64,000 nucleotides of DNA from a virus. The number at the start of each line of letters is the position of its first letter. The first letter of the stretch is position 1. The stretch covers positions 24,348-88,347 of IMG/VR virus record IMGVR_UViG_3300044827_000008. One strand, given 5' to 3'. The notes beneath the pieces are model-generated. The model was not told the DNA's origin and did no database searches. It saw only the letters and a list, made by a program, of their open reading frames with translations. Both the position numbers and the translations under genes were made by a program. This document shows positions 38,422-48,107 of this stretch, piece after piece.

Positions 38422-38958
38422 TTATTTAACTGATGCGGGCCAAGGTTGTGGCATTATCGAAAGGGGCGGATCGTAAACAATCACGCCATCTCGAAGAACT
38501 ATAGCGTAATGATCGAGGAGATGCTCACTTTCTCTTTTGTTGCGCGGAAAGATGGGTCGTCCGGTCGCTGGAGAGAGGTATCCCGTTCGCACTTCAATAC
38601 GAAGCTGACTACCTCCCCTTGGTTGAGCCAAGAGATCACAGCTACTTGCTGGACTGAGGGCACGATAAACCTCGAATCCTCGACGCATAAGATCGGCTGC
38701 AACAACGAGTTCCGAAATCGCACCGATTGTGCCAGTTGAAAGGCCGGATGAAACTGGCAAGTCGTACCTATCAGTGTAGTCCTTGCGAGCGCAAAGATTT
38801 GAGCAGTACCGCTGGTCTTTGCGACGCGCAAGGAAGGTTTTCCCACATTTTGGTCGGGCACACTCTCGCTCAAGATGTAGGTCGTAGATCACACTGAGGG
38901 GTTCGGGACCAATGAGAGGCAATTCTAAGTCCTCAGAGGCCGGTGCAGGGCTTCCCAT
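38422..38958 (-). CDS. Zn-finger + PD-(D/E)XK endonuclease (homing-endonuclease-like)
   Basis: C..PKCGKTF...RYCSNLC; GAISE..V.ADL..RGFEVY...SCDLL...IEVRTG; TAAGAT -10 lies 7 nt upstream of the ATG. Confidence 0.75.
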   Translation of the reverse strand: MGSPAPASEDLELPLIGPEPLSVIYDLHLERECARPKCGKTFLARRKDQRYCSNLCARKDYTDRYDLPVSSGLSTGTIGAISELVVAADLMRRGFEVYRALSPASSCDLLAQPRGGSQLRIEVRTGYLSPATGRPIFPRNKRESEHLLDHYAIVLRDGVIVYDPPLSIMPQPWPASVK

Positions 38959-39007
38959 AGCCCTAATCTTAGCGGACACTCTGAGGACTATTCGCCTGAT
39001 ATTGCGA

Positions 39008-39466
39008 TTAAGCTCCGCGATCCGCTGAGGGAATGACAATGACCGGGACTGCTGGAGGGTCGGGAGGGGCTGAGACGGGTGGTACTGGAGTAGGAACCGG
39101 AGCCGGATCGGTGACCGCGCCCTGAGTATCGGGGTGCTGCGTCAGGATCGACCAGACAAGCTGACCAAGACCGTACACGGTCATGAAGAGGCCGAGTAGC
39201 GCGGTCGTGTTGAGGTTCTGGAGGTGTTCGATGTCCAGATCACCAGACAGAAGCATTGCGCCGACCGCCGCGAGGGCCGATACGGCGACGACAATCGCAA
39301 TCATGTAGTGACCCGCTTTTGGTACGTACTTGAACAGGAACGGCAGGACGAGGCCCGCGATGGTGGCGATGGCGATTGCGTTCTCCTGCGAGCTTCCGCT
39401 TGCCGCAATATTCACGACCCATGCAGAGAGAACGACACCGATCAAAAGTAGTCTACGGAACATCAT
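39008..39466 (-). CDS. Multi-TM holin-like protein
   Basis: 3-4 hydrophobic helices, Pro-rich tail, located at the end of the tail operon. Confidence 0.55.
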   Translation of the reverse strand: MMFRRLLLIGVVLSAWVVNIAASGSSQENAIAIATIAGLVLPFLFKYVPKAGHYMIAIVVAVSALAAVGAMLLSGDLDIEHLQNLNTTALLGLFMTVYGLGQLVWSILTQHPDTQGAVTDPAPVPTPVPPVSAPPDPPAVPVIVIPSADRGA

Positions 39467-39511
39467 GATGCTGTACTCCTCAGAGTGGATTGCACTGGCG
39501 TGGTAATGACC

Positions 39512-39520
39512 ACATTAGCA
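39512..39520 (-). promoter_or_regulatory. Extended -10 TGCTAATGT
   Basis: Intergenic, upstream of the holin-like gene. Confidence 0.5.
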
Positions 39521-39524
39521 CGGG

Positions 39525-40121
39525 TTACCTTTCCACCACTACGGCGGACTTGGCTGCAACAAGCGTGGCGAGTGCCGCAGAGGTCGCGAGAAGATCATCC
39601 GCCTGCCGGTTCGAGACAAGCTGACGTTCGAGCTTCTGTTGGGCGACCTCGTACTCTGCCTTCGCGCGAGGATCGTCTGGGTTATCACTCGCCACGCGTC
39701 CGAGTGCGAAGACAAGTTCCTGAAGCTGAAAGGTGTAGGCACTATTCACGAGAGCGTGAGTCGCCTCGCCCTTAGCCTTGATCTCTGCGAGCGTCGCGTC
39801 CGTATTCCGAATCGTGAGGACGAGTTGACGGGCGGTTTCAAGGAGTCCGGCCTGAGCCTCTACGGCTGCTACCTGGGCCTTGACCGCGTCCTCATTCGCC
39901 TGATGGGCATCTTTCTTCGCCTGCTCTGCGGCCTGATCGCGACGAAGGGCTGCCGCTTCAGCACGTGCCGCTGCGGAACGTGCGTAGGTTCCAATTACAA
40001 TCTGCGCCCCGATGATGCCCGCGAATCCAATCAGGCTCACGACGACGATCGCAATGCTTCCGGGCGTGAGGCCGAAGATGACCGGATCGGGAGTGACAGC
40101 GGCCAAAAGAATGCTTACCAC
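39525..40121 (-). CDS. Membrane-anchored coiled-coil protein (lysis-cassette-like)
   Basis: N-terminal TM helix, Ala/Gln coiled coil, THALVNS motif. Confidence 0.65.
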   Translation of the reverse strand: MVSILLAAVTPDPVIFGLTPGSIAIVVVSLIGFAGIIGAQIVIGTYARSAAARAEAAALRRDQAAEQAKKDAHQANEDAVKAQVAAVEAQAGLLETARQLVLTIRNTDATLAEIKAKGEATHALVNSAYTFQLQELVFALGRVASDNPDDPRAKAEYEVAQQKLERQLVSNRQADDLLATSAALATLVAAKSAVVVER

Positions 40122-40131
40122 GTGACGTACT

Positions 40132-41832
40132 CTACGCGGTCATGAGACGACGCGACGGAACGTATATCCCGGAGCGCGCACGATCCCACTCCCGACGGCC
40201 CACTCCGAACGTACTCTCGTGATCATCCCAACGTCCGAGTAAGTCCTCGTAGTTACCGTCCGGGTAGATCGCGCGAATCGGGAACTCGCGCTTCTCCGGC
40301 ATCTCCTGACGGCGGGCCACTATGTTGAGACGCTGCCACGCCGTGTTTGCGTCGTTGCGGACGTAGTAGACCGCGCTGGTTGAAACAAGTCCACCAGACG
40401 ATCCCCTTCCGACGGCATTGTGATGAGCAATCTGGGTTGGGGAGAGTACGTACCCGTACCACGCGACCTCGTCAAGATCGAAGTCACGATTCGAGAAGCC
40501 GAGACTCTGGCCGATGACATATTTCCAGTCACCCCATGGCGCATTATCAGTGCCGATCGACTGGGGTTGGAACCCGTCAATAGATTGTGTTCCGAATAGC
40601 GCGCCGTCCACATAGACCTTAAGCGTTCCGGTTCCAACAATGAAACCCCGACCCTCAATATCCCAACCTCGGAAACCACCACTGTCGTAAGTGACAACGA
40701 CATGATGGGTGACGTTGTAACCACCCGTCATCGCATTGGTAAAAAGAAGATCGCAACCAGTTTCGTTGCCCGCTCCAAACAGCGCGGTGGTCAGGATGAC
40801 GCGAATCAGGTCACCCTTGTGGACACCATCGTCCGACCCGAAGTGACTGTTGGTTGAGCCGGAGAGGATACCGCTCCCGCCCCCGTAACCGGTATTTGAA
40901 GTTGTACCCCCGACGACTGGCCCTTGGCCTCCGGCTCCGGGATTGTCCCAGCTTGCACTGCGGACCTTGATCCAGAATTCCCACGACTGTTCGATCGGTC
41001 CCGATCGCCCCCATGCGTCGCCGGGCGTTCCAGCATTCGCCTGAACACCCCCACTGCCAAGACCGAATCGCGTTGCGTGATCGGGATCAACGATGAGTCC
41101 CGAGATGTCGGCGGTCGGCCCGCCCAGCCAGTTGGTCGCATCCTTGCCGTACGATCCGTAATCAAAGTACGGGCCACCAGTCGCCTCACTTAGTCTGTGG
41201 TATCGCAATGGATTATCCGCAAGGACCGTGGCAAAGTAGGTCGTCGTCGTGTCGTGAAATCTCTTGCCCGTGACCGGCACGAAGACACCACCCACACGCG
41301 CGAACATGCCCAGGCCGGTGTACGTGGCGTACGCCATGACACCCCCGTTGTAACCACCAGTTTCATGCGACCACGTGTTGCCACCAGTCGCCGTACCGGG
41401 TGTCGAGCCCGACACGAGCTTGAGGTTTCCGAAGTTTGTGTCATGATCATCGAAGCCAAGAATCCACGAGTCGCCGGAGCGTCGAAATGCGCCAACGAAG
41501 AAGCTTGTCGGGTTGGTAAAGGTGTGCGAGAAGCCGTAGGTGTTGATGTAGTAGCCGTCATTCTGATTGCGGCCCGTTCCATCAAATCCTCCAGTGTAAG
41601 GTGCCGACCGTCGTGCGATCGCTTGCTCCGTGTAGAGGAGTAGTGAACCGCCCCCACTCCAAAGCGCCGGGCCACCATGAATCGACGCAAGGTCACCGGC
41701 CATGTACGCGGTTAGCTGTGTGATCCGCCCCGTTGTCGCCACACTAATTGCATCGTCCCACGCCTGATTGTCTATCGCACCATCGCTGTAGAACCAGTTG
41801 TCGCGCGGATCGTTGTGTCCGAAGGTTCCCAT
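40132..41832 (-). CDS. Tail protein with LamG/concanavalin A-like domain
   Basis: YFATVLADNPLRYHRLSE, SWEFWIK, HHVVVTYD, KVYVDG, LDEVAWY..VLSPTQIAHH. Confidence 0.85.
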   Translation of the reverse strand: MGTFGHNDPRDNWFYSDGAIDNQAWDDAISVATTGRITQLTAYMAGDLASIHGGPALWSGGGSLLLYTEQAIARRSAPYTGGFDGTGRNQNDGYYINTYGFSHTFTNPTSFFVGAFRRSGDSWILGFDDHDTNFGNLKLVSGSTPGTATGGNTWSHETGGYNGGVMAYATYTGLGMFARVGGVFVPVTGKRFHDTTTTYFATVLADNPLRYHRLSEATGGPYFDYGSYGKDATNWLGGPTADISGLIVDPDHATRFGLGSGGVQANAGTPGDAWGRSGPIEQSWEFWIKVRSASWDNPGAGGQGPVVGGTTSNTGYGGGSGILSGSTNSHFGSDDGVHKGDLIRVILTTALFGAGNETGCDLLFTNAMTGGYNVTHHVVVTYDSGGFRGWDIEGRGFIVGTGTLKVYVDGALFGTQSIDGFQPQSIGTDNAPWGDWKYVIGQSLGFSNRDFDLDEVAWYGYVLSPTQIAHHNAVGRGSSGGLVSTSAVYYVRNDANTAWQRLNIVARRQEMPEKREFPIRAIYPDGNYEDLLGRWDDHESTFGVGRREWDRARSGIYVPSRRLMTA

Positions 41833-42080
41833 TACGGAGTCTGCAACCAGAGGTCGCCGTCGTTTGGCGTAGCTGGCGTCGTGGACTGAATCCAAATCTG
41901 TACACCCAACGGAACCGTGCCGCGCATCACCGGCACTGTGTTCAACACGTGCTGCGTGAGCGAGAGGCCGCCCGTGAGCGTGATAAGTTGATCGGTCATC
42001 ACGCCAGTTAGCAAGTCTACGAACTGCTGTAGCTGGCTCGCGTTACCAGCATCTCCGGTGTGGATATCTGTGAGTGCCAC
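41832..42080 (-). CDS. Small tail-fibre-associated protein
   Basis: IWIQSTTPATPNDGDLWLQ motif. Confidence 0.65.
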   Translation of the reverse strand: MALTDIHTGDAGNASQLQQFVDLLTGVMTDQLITLTGGLSLTQHVLNTVPVMRGTVPLGVQIWIQSTTPATPNDGDLWLQTP

Positions 42081-42081
42081 G

Positions 42082-42441
42082 TTATTGCACCCACAAATCC
42101 CCGCCCTCGACGAGGCCCGTCGGGAAGGGGTCAGTAGTCTGCACCCAAATCTTCCGGCCACGCTTATGACCGTCCACTCCAGTTGATGCGAGGACGGGCG
42201 GGGTGTTTGAGGCGTGGCGTACGAGTGCGAGTCCACCATTCGGGCGGATGCGGTGCGGGACATTACCCTTGAGGATGTCGATGAGGCGCTGTGCCTGGAT
42301 CGCGAAAGCGTTATCCGTATTTCTCAACGAGAAAAAATCGAGGAAGTCCACGGGCTGCGTACGTGCCGCGAGCCGCATGAATCCAAGCCGGGCACGAGAG
42401 TTGCCCAGCATACCACTGTTTTGCGATTCGGTTGTTGGCAT
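42082..42441 (-). CDS. Small tail-fibre-associated protein
   Basis: IWVQTTDP...GGDLWVQ motif, shared with the downstream gene. Confidence 0.65.
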   Translation of the reverse strand: MPTTESQNSGMLGNSRARLGFMRLAARTQPVDFLDFFSLRNTDNAFAIQAQRLIDILKGNVPHRIRPNGGLALVRHASNTPPVLASTGVDGHKRGRKIWVQTTDPFPTGLVEGGDLWVQ

Positions 42442-43112
42442 TACGAGAACCTAATCCAGTCGAAGAATGCGTGCTGTGGGTCCGGCGGGCCGGGGCAGAC
42501 TCCAACGAAGAGGCCGACGTGGGTGGCTGATGCAAGCTGGCTCGCACCGATCTTCACCTTGACCCACGCCATGCCGCTATAGCTGCAATACATGTCGATG
42601 TTATTTGCTGCGTGCACGACCATTTTGAAATAGATCGGCATGATTCGAGCAACATCCGATCCGGTCAAAATACTACCGAAGGTCGTCCAATTTGAGAAGT
42701 AAGTCTCGGAGATCGTTGGGTCGCCATTTTGACTGAAGGAAAGCGTGTCTAGCTTGTTCGTCGTAATCGCGTCAGCGATGAAAAGACCGCACCGTCCATA
42801 GTTACTGTCCACGTCACAGTCATTCAGTTTCGCGATGACCGTCCACGGGAAAGTAGTTGGGTTGGCCTTCGCCTTGATGATGCCATTGACCGAATGGCTC
42901 GTTGCAGCCGCAGCCGCAATCTGAAGATGACTCTTAAAGATGTCGGTACGGGCACTTGGAGAGTTTCCACCGAAGAGCGTCCACCCGGAGGGTGTGCCCG
43001 ATCCATTCTGATCGAACTCATCGTCCTCAGACCCACTCGACTTGATGTCGGGGGAGCCTGCGAGTCCGGGGATTATGATCCGCGTCGTGCCTGATCCGAT
43101 TAGTCTGCCCAT
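42441..43112 (-). CDS. Lectin-like beta-sandwich receptor-binding paralogue 3
   Basis: IIIPGLAGSPDI...DDEFDQN...LASATHVGL...FDWIRFS. Confidence 0.75.
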   Translation of the reverse strand: MGRLIGSGTTRIIIPGLAGSPDIKSSGSEDDEFDQNGSGTPSGWTLFGGNSPSARTDIFKSHLQIAAAAATSHSVNGIIKAKANPTTFPWTVIAKLNDCDVDSNYGRCGLFIADAITTNKLDTLSFSQNGDPTISETYFSNWTTFGSILTGSDVARIMPIYFKMVVHAANNIDMYCSYSGMAWVKVKIGASQLASATHVGLFVGVCPGPPDPQHAFFDWIRFS

Positions 43113-43114
43113 TT

Positions 43115-43765
43115 CTACACAATCCTCACGAAGTCAACAGCATACTGGCCCGTTCCACGCGTGTAGGCACCGATGACGACGTAACGTGTTCCGCCGAAGC
43201 CGGGGTTGAAGTTAGTTGGGCCGTTCCAAGTGATGCCATCGTACGAGGTATACACATCAACATTGGAGGTCGAGGTTACAACGATCTTGACATAAAATGG
43301 AGCACTCCAAAGGTGAGTGTGGGAGGTCGTCGAGTTACCGGATAGGGTCGCAAAGTTGGTCCACTTGTCCGCTCGAAGGATATTATTGATTACCCCACCC
43401 GCGACAGTGTTGCCTGCTGCGGTTGCAGAGTCCGTAACGCCGAACCAAATCCCGGAGTTCGCGCCTTCGATTTGTGAATAGCCGGTCCCCTTAAAGGTGA
43501 TCGTCTTAGGTAGCGCCCCCAGTATCGCGTTTAGGATGATTCCTTTAGTGTTGTCGGTTGCGTTTCCGGTGTTCGTCAAAAAGAGATGGCTCTTCGTCGT
43601 TGTATTTTCATCGACTGCGGTGGGTGTACCGTAAGAGGTCCATGACGAACCGGACGCGTCGTCGAACTCGTTGTCCGCCGCTCCATTCGCGCGGATGTCC
43701 GGTGACCCAGCCAACCCTGGAATGATGATCGGACTCTGTGCCGCTGAGCTTGTTACTCGTGCCAT
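43115..43765 (-). CDS. Lectin-like beta-sandwich receptor-binding paralogue 2
   Basis: IIIPGLAGSPDI...DNEFD...KSH...YTSYDGITW...VDFVRIV. Confidence 0.75.
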   Translation of the reverse strand: MARVTSSAAQSPIIIPGLAGSPDIRANGAADNEFDDASGSSWTSYGTPTAVDENTTTKSHLFLTNTGNATDNTKGIILNAILGALPKTITFKGTGYSQIEGANSGIWFGVTDSATAAGNTVAGGVINNILRADKWTNFATLSGNSTTSHTHLWSAPFYVKIVVTSTSNVDVYTSYDGITWNGPTNFNPGFGGTRYVVIGAYTRGTGQYAVDFVRIV

Positions 43766-43778
43766 TTACCTATTCACC

Positions 43779-45197
43779 TTAGCTGAACCTGATCCAATCG
43801 AAGTACGCGTCTGCAAAATTGTTCTGGTTGTCCACACAGAGGCCGACGTGGGTGGCTGATGCGAGATAGCCCAGACTGTTAACAAGCAGAAACCAACTCT
43901 TGCCGTTGAGGCTGAGGTAGACCTCGATGTTGTTTGCGGCGTGAACGATGACCTTGATGTATGACGGGGCACCATTAAACACGGTGTTGCCGTATGCCGG
44001 GTTGTCTGATGCGCCTCCGGCTGCCGCAATATTGTAGAACCCACTCCAGTGGGCAACTGCAGGAACCGGCCCCCCGGTGTTACCGGCAGTGTTCTTTTGA
44101 ACGCCGAAGGTGTATCCCTTGACCCCACTACCCGGCGCGCCATCCGCGATGAAAAGAAAGGCGGCTGCGTAGTTACCACCAGATGAACTGCCATACGAAA
44201 GGTCCGCGATCTTGGCGACGACCGTCCACGGAAATGAAGTGGGATTTGTCTTCGCCTTGACGATGCCAAAATAGTTGTCGCCACTACCGCTCGCCTTCAC
44301 GATATGGACGTGGCTCTTGTTGTCATTCGTATTGAGTGTGTCGGGAGTGTTAAAGGCGGTCCACCCACTAGGTGTACCGGCTGCATTTTGATCGAACTCA
44401 TCATCGTCCACATTCGGAGAGGCGGGCACAACATCGGCAGAGCCAGCAAGGCCGGGGATGATGATGTCAACACCAGAGAAGCCGGTATCGACTTCGCCCT
44501 CAGCATCGGGATCGTCCTTCGCCTCCCACTTGGAGTCGGCGGCCACGTACGTGAGGATGTCACCGTCATCGAAGCCGGTAAGGTCCACGTCCGAGAGGGT
44601 TGATAGTGAGCCGCCTCCCCCGCCTGTGATCGCCTCGTTCACCCACTTCGAGGTAGCCGAGTCCCACGTCAAGGAATCGTCATCCGCGAGAGAAGTGAGG
44701 ACTACGTCTGATGCGCCTGCGATCGAGCCGCCCCCACCACCGGCCTGCCATCGCGGACGGCCCGACACTTTGGTCAGGACATCGCCGTTAGTGCCAGCGT
44801 TTTCGGTGTCATCAACAATCTGGGCCTCGAACTCCACGTCACCCGTAAAAGTTCCGCCCGCCGTCGGCATGTAGGCCGAATCATCGTCCGCCCCGGAGAC
44901 TAGCCCGAGTCCCGACTTCGTCAGAACAACCTCAACCTCCTGACCCGCACCGTGCGTGCTGGCAGCCGCTCCCCCGATGTGAGAGGCGGTCCATCGGTCA
45001 GTGCCCGCGACCGGAGTATCCACGCTGATCGCAGTGATGCGAAGAAGCTCGTTCTCTACGCGCACGTCGAAGTTCACGGCGAGTGTATCGCCATCAAAGT
45101 CAACCACGTGAAGCACGTCCATCGCCGTGTTCGGACGCGTCGCGCTCATGTTTGCCATGAGTTTCGTAGCAACATCGTCGTAAAAGTTTTGTGTCAT
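43779..45197 (-). CDS. Tail fibre / receptor-binding protein with C-terminal lectin-like domain (paralogue 1)
   Basis: N-terminal anchor, LSDV...DGD.L.Y....KW fibre repeats, IIIPGLAGS...FDWIRFS. Confidence 0.8.
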   Translation of the reverse strand: MTQNFYDDVATKLMANMSATRPNTAMDVLHVVDFDGDTLAVNFDVRVENELLRITAISVDTPVAGTDRWTASHIGGAAASTHGAGQEVEVVLTKSGLGLVSGADDDSAYMPTAGGTFTGDVEFEAQIVDDTENAGTNGDVLTKVSGRPRWQAGGGGGSIAGASDVVLTSLADDDSLTWDSATSKWVNEAITGGGGGSLSTLSDVDLTGFDDGDILTYVAADSKWEAKDDPDAEGEVDTGFSGVDIIIPGLAGSADVVPASPNVDDDEFDQNAAGTPSGWTAFNTPDTLNTNDNKSHVHIVKASGSGDNYFGIVKAKTNPTSFPWTVVAKIADLSYGSSSGGNYAAAFLFIADGAPGSGVKGYTFGVQKNTAGNTGGPVPAVAHWSGFYNIAAAGGASDNPAYGNTVFNGAPSYIKVIVHAANNIEVYLSLNGKSWFLLVNSLGYLASATHVGLCVDNQNNFADAYFDWIRFS

Positions 45198-45200
45198 GGC

Positions 45201-45941
45201 CTATTCATCAGACTCCCTAGCAAGGGTGTAGTCTACGCGAAGGTCGGTGTTCCCACTCTTCGTATAGGCGAACGCGACGTGGGATGCGAAGGCGGTGTTG
45301 GTCGCATAGATCAAGCCCGCCTCCGTGAAGGTGATCGGTTCCGAGTTTGATGCTGCCATGAGAAAAAAGCTAATCACGGTGGACGGCGGACTGGTTGAAT
45401 CAACGGTATTCACAACCGCTGGGAGTCGCTGGGGGATATAGACTGCCAGATTAATGTAGATCACTCTCGTGCCGACCGGGTACACGGCGGACGGGGTGTA
45501 GCTTGTGACCGCGATGGTCACGTCGCCTGGGTTCGCGTCAGCGGAGAGGATCGGAACGTCGATCGGGCCGACCTTGATCGTCTCGCCTGCCGCGATTTTG
45601 TACGGCAGGGCTGTTACTGCAAGGCTCGTGGTTGGAGTTACCACAGTCGGGGCGGTGAGCGTTGCGGCGGCGTCTGTCCACTCGAAATCGAGAGTGACAT
45701 CAGTAATATCAGGAGTGGGCGAGATACCGTAGCCGAGTGCGAGGTTGTTCATGCCAATATCACGCGAGTCCAACGGGTCGGGGCCAAGTTGATTCAACAG
45801 GGTCACGTACCACTGGTCGAGGATCACGTTCTCGGCCTCGAAAGCGGGTCGCCAGAGTATCTCGCCAACGCGACGTTCGTAGCCCCGAATTATTCCGTCC
45901 GGCTGAACGCCGCCACGGATACGATCCCTTAGTCGCTTCAT
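45201..45941 (-). CDS. Minor tail / tail-collar-like protein
   Basis: ENVI...ALG.G...D.TL..E...TEAGL...K.....L.VDYTL pattern. Confidence 0.7.
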   Translation of the reverse strand: MKRLRDRIRGGVQPDGIIRGYERRVGEILWRPAFEAENVILDQWYVTLLNQLGPDPLDSRDIGMNNLALGYGISPTPDITDVTLDFEWTDAAATLTAPTVVTPTTSLAVTALPYKIAAGETIKVGPIDVPILSADANPGDVTIAVTSYTPSAVYPVGTRVIYINLAVYIPQRLPAVVNTVDSTSPPSTVISFFLMAASNSEPITFTEAGLIYATNTAFASHVAFAYTKSGNTDLRVDYTLARESDE

Positions 45942-46342
45942 GGTAGTGGCAACCCATTGCGATTGACAGTCGCATTCCAAAGTTCGGTGGCACGAGCACG
46001 TCGGCGCGAGCCAAGGCCGGGCCACAGAAGTTTGATGATGCGGCGGGCGTTGTCGCTGTACGCAGTCCATCGCCATTGCACCTTGAATCTCTCATCGGGA
46101 GTGTGCTCCATGATCGCACCACTCCCAACGATTTCGACGAATCGTTCAAGGGTATCGAGATCGGTCATTGCAATCGAGACGGCCAACGTTCCCTTCGGAT
46201 CGGGCCGTGGATAACGACCTCGACGCGTCGAAGAGGACGATCTCACCTTGCGCGGTTGAGGGCGAGTCTGTGTGATACATCCCTCGCCTTCGAAGATGCC
46301 CGCCGCAAAACCAAGGTCGTACTTTGAAGTCATTTGTTCCAT
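45938..46342 (-). CDS. Free-standing single-motif LAGLIDADG homing endonuclease
   Basis: FAAGIFEGEGCI, VSIAMTDLDTLERF...G.G, WRW, LWPGLGSRR. Confidence 0.85.
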   Translation of the reverse strand: MEQMTSKYDLGFAAGIFEGEGCITQTRPQPRKVRSSSSTRRGRYPRPDPKGTLAVSIAMTDLDTLERFVEIVGSGAIMEHTPDERFKVQWRWTAYSDNARRIIKLLWPGLGSRRRARATELWNATVNRNGLPLP

Positions 46343-46347
46343 TATAA

Positions 46348-46584
46348 CTAACCCCAAACGAAGAAGCCCCATACCATGTCATCGTCCCCCCAGTGACGCG
46401 GCCCGCTTCCATAGTCAATGGTAGTGATTACCTCAGAGCCAAGACCTTCAAGGCCAAGCTCCTGATCAAGGATAATCTGCACGTCCTCGATGGTGATGTT
46501 CACGTCGCCCTCGTCATTGAGGGCGTTGACGCGGGCCTGTTCGTTAAGGAACTGACCGACCACGTCATCGTTCGTCATGCTCAT
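46348..46584 (-). CDS. Small acidic tail protein
   Basis: C-terminal WG...WG..WG motif. Confidence 0.65.
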   Translation of the reverse strand: MSMTNDDVVGQFLNEQARVNALNDEGDVNITIEDVQIILDQELGLEGLGSEVITTIDYGSGPRHWGDDDMVWGFFVWG

Positions 46585-46589
46585 GGTAC

Positions 46590-48107
46590 TTATTGTCCCC
46601 CAGTCGAGGCGTGATCTGCCAGTTCGAGTTCAACACGGTACGGATGCTGGAGGTCGCTGTCCTGATCCAGTGTCAGCGTGGTCCGTGTCACGATGAAGGT
46701 CTTGGGGTTGTCCGAGCCAGGGATAATGTGACCCAACGAGTCGTAATCAAAGAGGCCCGTGAACAGTAGGGGTGCGTCGATCACGATCGTCTGCGCCGGG
46801 CCGATGTTGATGTTGCCTACAGCCCTAGTCATCACCGTGACGCTCATACCCTTGAGGGTGTTACCCTGATTGACGAGGTACGCCTTGCCCACGTGTTGTG
46901 CCAACTTGAGGTCACGAATACGCTTGTCACGCACGACCGCATCAAAGAATAGTCCACCCACACTTGCAACCAAACCTGCGTCCGAGTAGATGGTGATCAA
47001 TGGGTAGCGGAACTTTCCGACGATCTTGATGAGGTCGCTCACGCTGGGCGTGACCTTGAACGCCACCGTCGGCGGCGTTGGCTGAAAGACTACCTGCGTC
47101 TTGAAGGTGGACTGATCCGTGATGTCGCCGTCCTGTGGGGCCTCTCCGAATGTCTTACTCACATATCCTGCACCGTGATCAACCTGAACGGATACGATGT
47201 CGAACTTCGTCGCGGAGCCCGGTAGCGTGAACTGAAAGTGCGAGCCATCAGTGAGCGCAGCCGGAATGATGTAGGTCTGCGTGGCAGACTGGAAGTCACG
47301 ACCCACGACCCACACGCGATCGGAGAGGGACGCGGAGTCCGGCGTGTAGGTGGCAGCCTCATACCCTATGCGTGGCGGCACTGAGGCTGGACCCTCGACG
47401 GGGTCGGGCGACTCCGCGAGCGTGAAGGGCGCGGGAAACTGTCCGATGGGTCCGTACCACAATCGCTTGAAGTAATCCACGCGGTAGACCGCGCGCGTGA
47501 TCTTCGTGATGCGCTGCATGAATTGTTCTAGTGAATGAACCGGAAAGCTGATTGCGGGCATGCCACTAAAAGTGTGAAGCACGTTGACGGTGTTGAAGTC
47601 GGGTCGGTACTGCTTGAAGATTGCTTTCACGATGGCATCATCAGTGAGCAGCGCGGGAAAGGCTTGGTTGCAAACGGTAGACCGAAGCCGATAGGTGAAG
47701 TCCTGTGCACTTACAGTGATCTGTCGCTCTGTCGAAAGCATCTTGTACTCGGGCGTGGCGAGGTAGCCCGCGAAGAGGCGCGGCGTCCATAGGGCTGGGT
47801 TGGTAGAAACATGGGCCGCTGCCTTTGAACCGTGACGGAAGATGTTGTACGCGGAGATCGCCCACGGTGGATCAACCACGTCGGCAGTACCGGGGGCACC
47901 GCGCTCAATGTCAGTCTCGCTTGGCGCATCGTAGATAACGATCTCGCGACGGTTGGGCAGAGCGAGCGCGCGCTCCGGGTCGTGGACTACCATGTTCAGA
48001 ACATCCATGCGCGCACCGAACGTCGCCTCGATGGAGAACTGCGAGTCCCGCTCTACACTCTCCGAGATGTCCGCGCCGTGTAGCAAATCCTTGATGCAGA
48101 CGATCAT
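46590..48107 (-). CDS. Tail tip / hub protein
   Basis: Follows the tape measure; LFAGY...VSAQDF...RVDYFKRLWY hub-like pattern. Confidence 0.75.
   Translation of the reverse strand: MIVCIKDLLHGADISESVERDSQFSIEATFGARMDVLNMVVHDPERALALPNRREIVIYDAPSETDIERGAPGTADVVDPPWAISAYNIFRHGSKAAAHVSTNPALWTPRLFAGYLATPEYKMLSTERQITVSAQDFTYRLRSTVCNQAFPALLTDDAIVKAIFKQYRPDFNTVNVLHTFSGMPAISFPVHSLEQFMQRITKITRAVYRVDYFKRLWYGPIGQFPAPFTLAESPDPVEGPASVPPRIGYEAATYTPDSASLSDRVWVVGRDFQSATQTYIIPAALTDGSHFQFTLPGSATKFDIVSVQVDHGAGYVSKTFGEAPQDGDITDQSTFKTQVVFQPTPPTVAFKVTPSVSDLIKIVGKFRYPLITIYSDAGLVASVGGLFFDAVVRDKRIRDLKLAQHVGKAYLVNQGNTLKGMSVTVMTRAVGNINIGPAQTIVIDAPLLFTGLFDYDSLGHIIPGSDNPKTFIVTRTTLTLDQDSDLQHPYRVELELADHASTGGQ

Noticed and set aside
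42441-45197. Diversity-generating retroelement acting on the tail paralogues
   Set aside because: No reverse transcriptase in the window; differences are not adenine-restricted and all copies are intact ORFs
45938-46345. Group I intron around the LAGLIDADG ORF
   Set aside because: The ORF fills the gap between two genes that have their own stop and start; no room for an intron core
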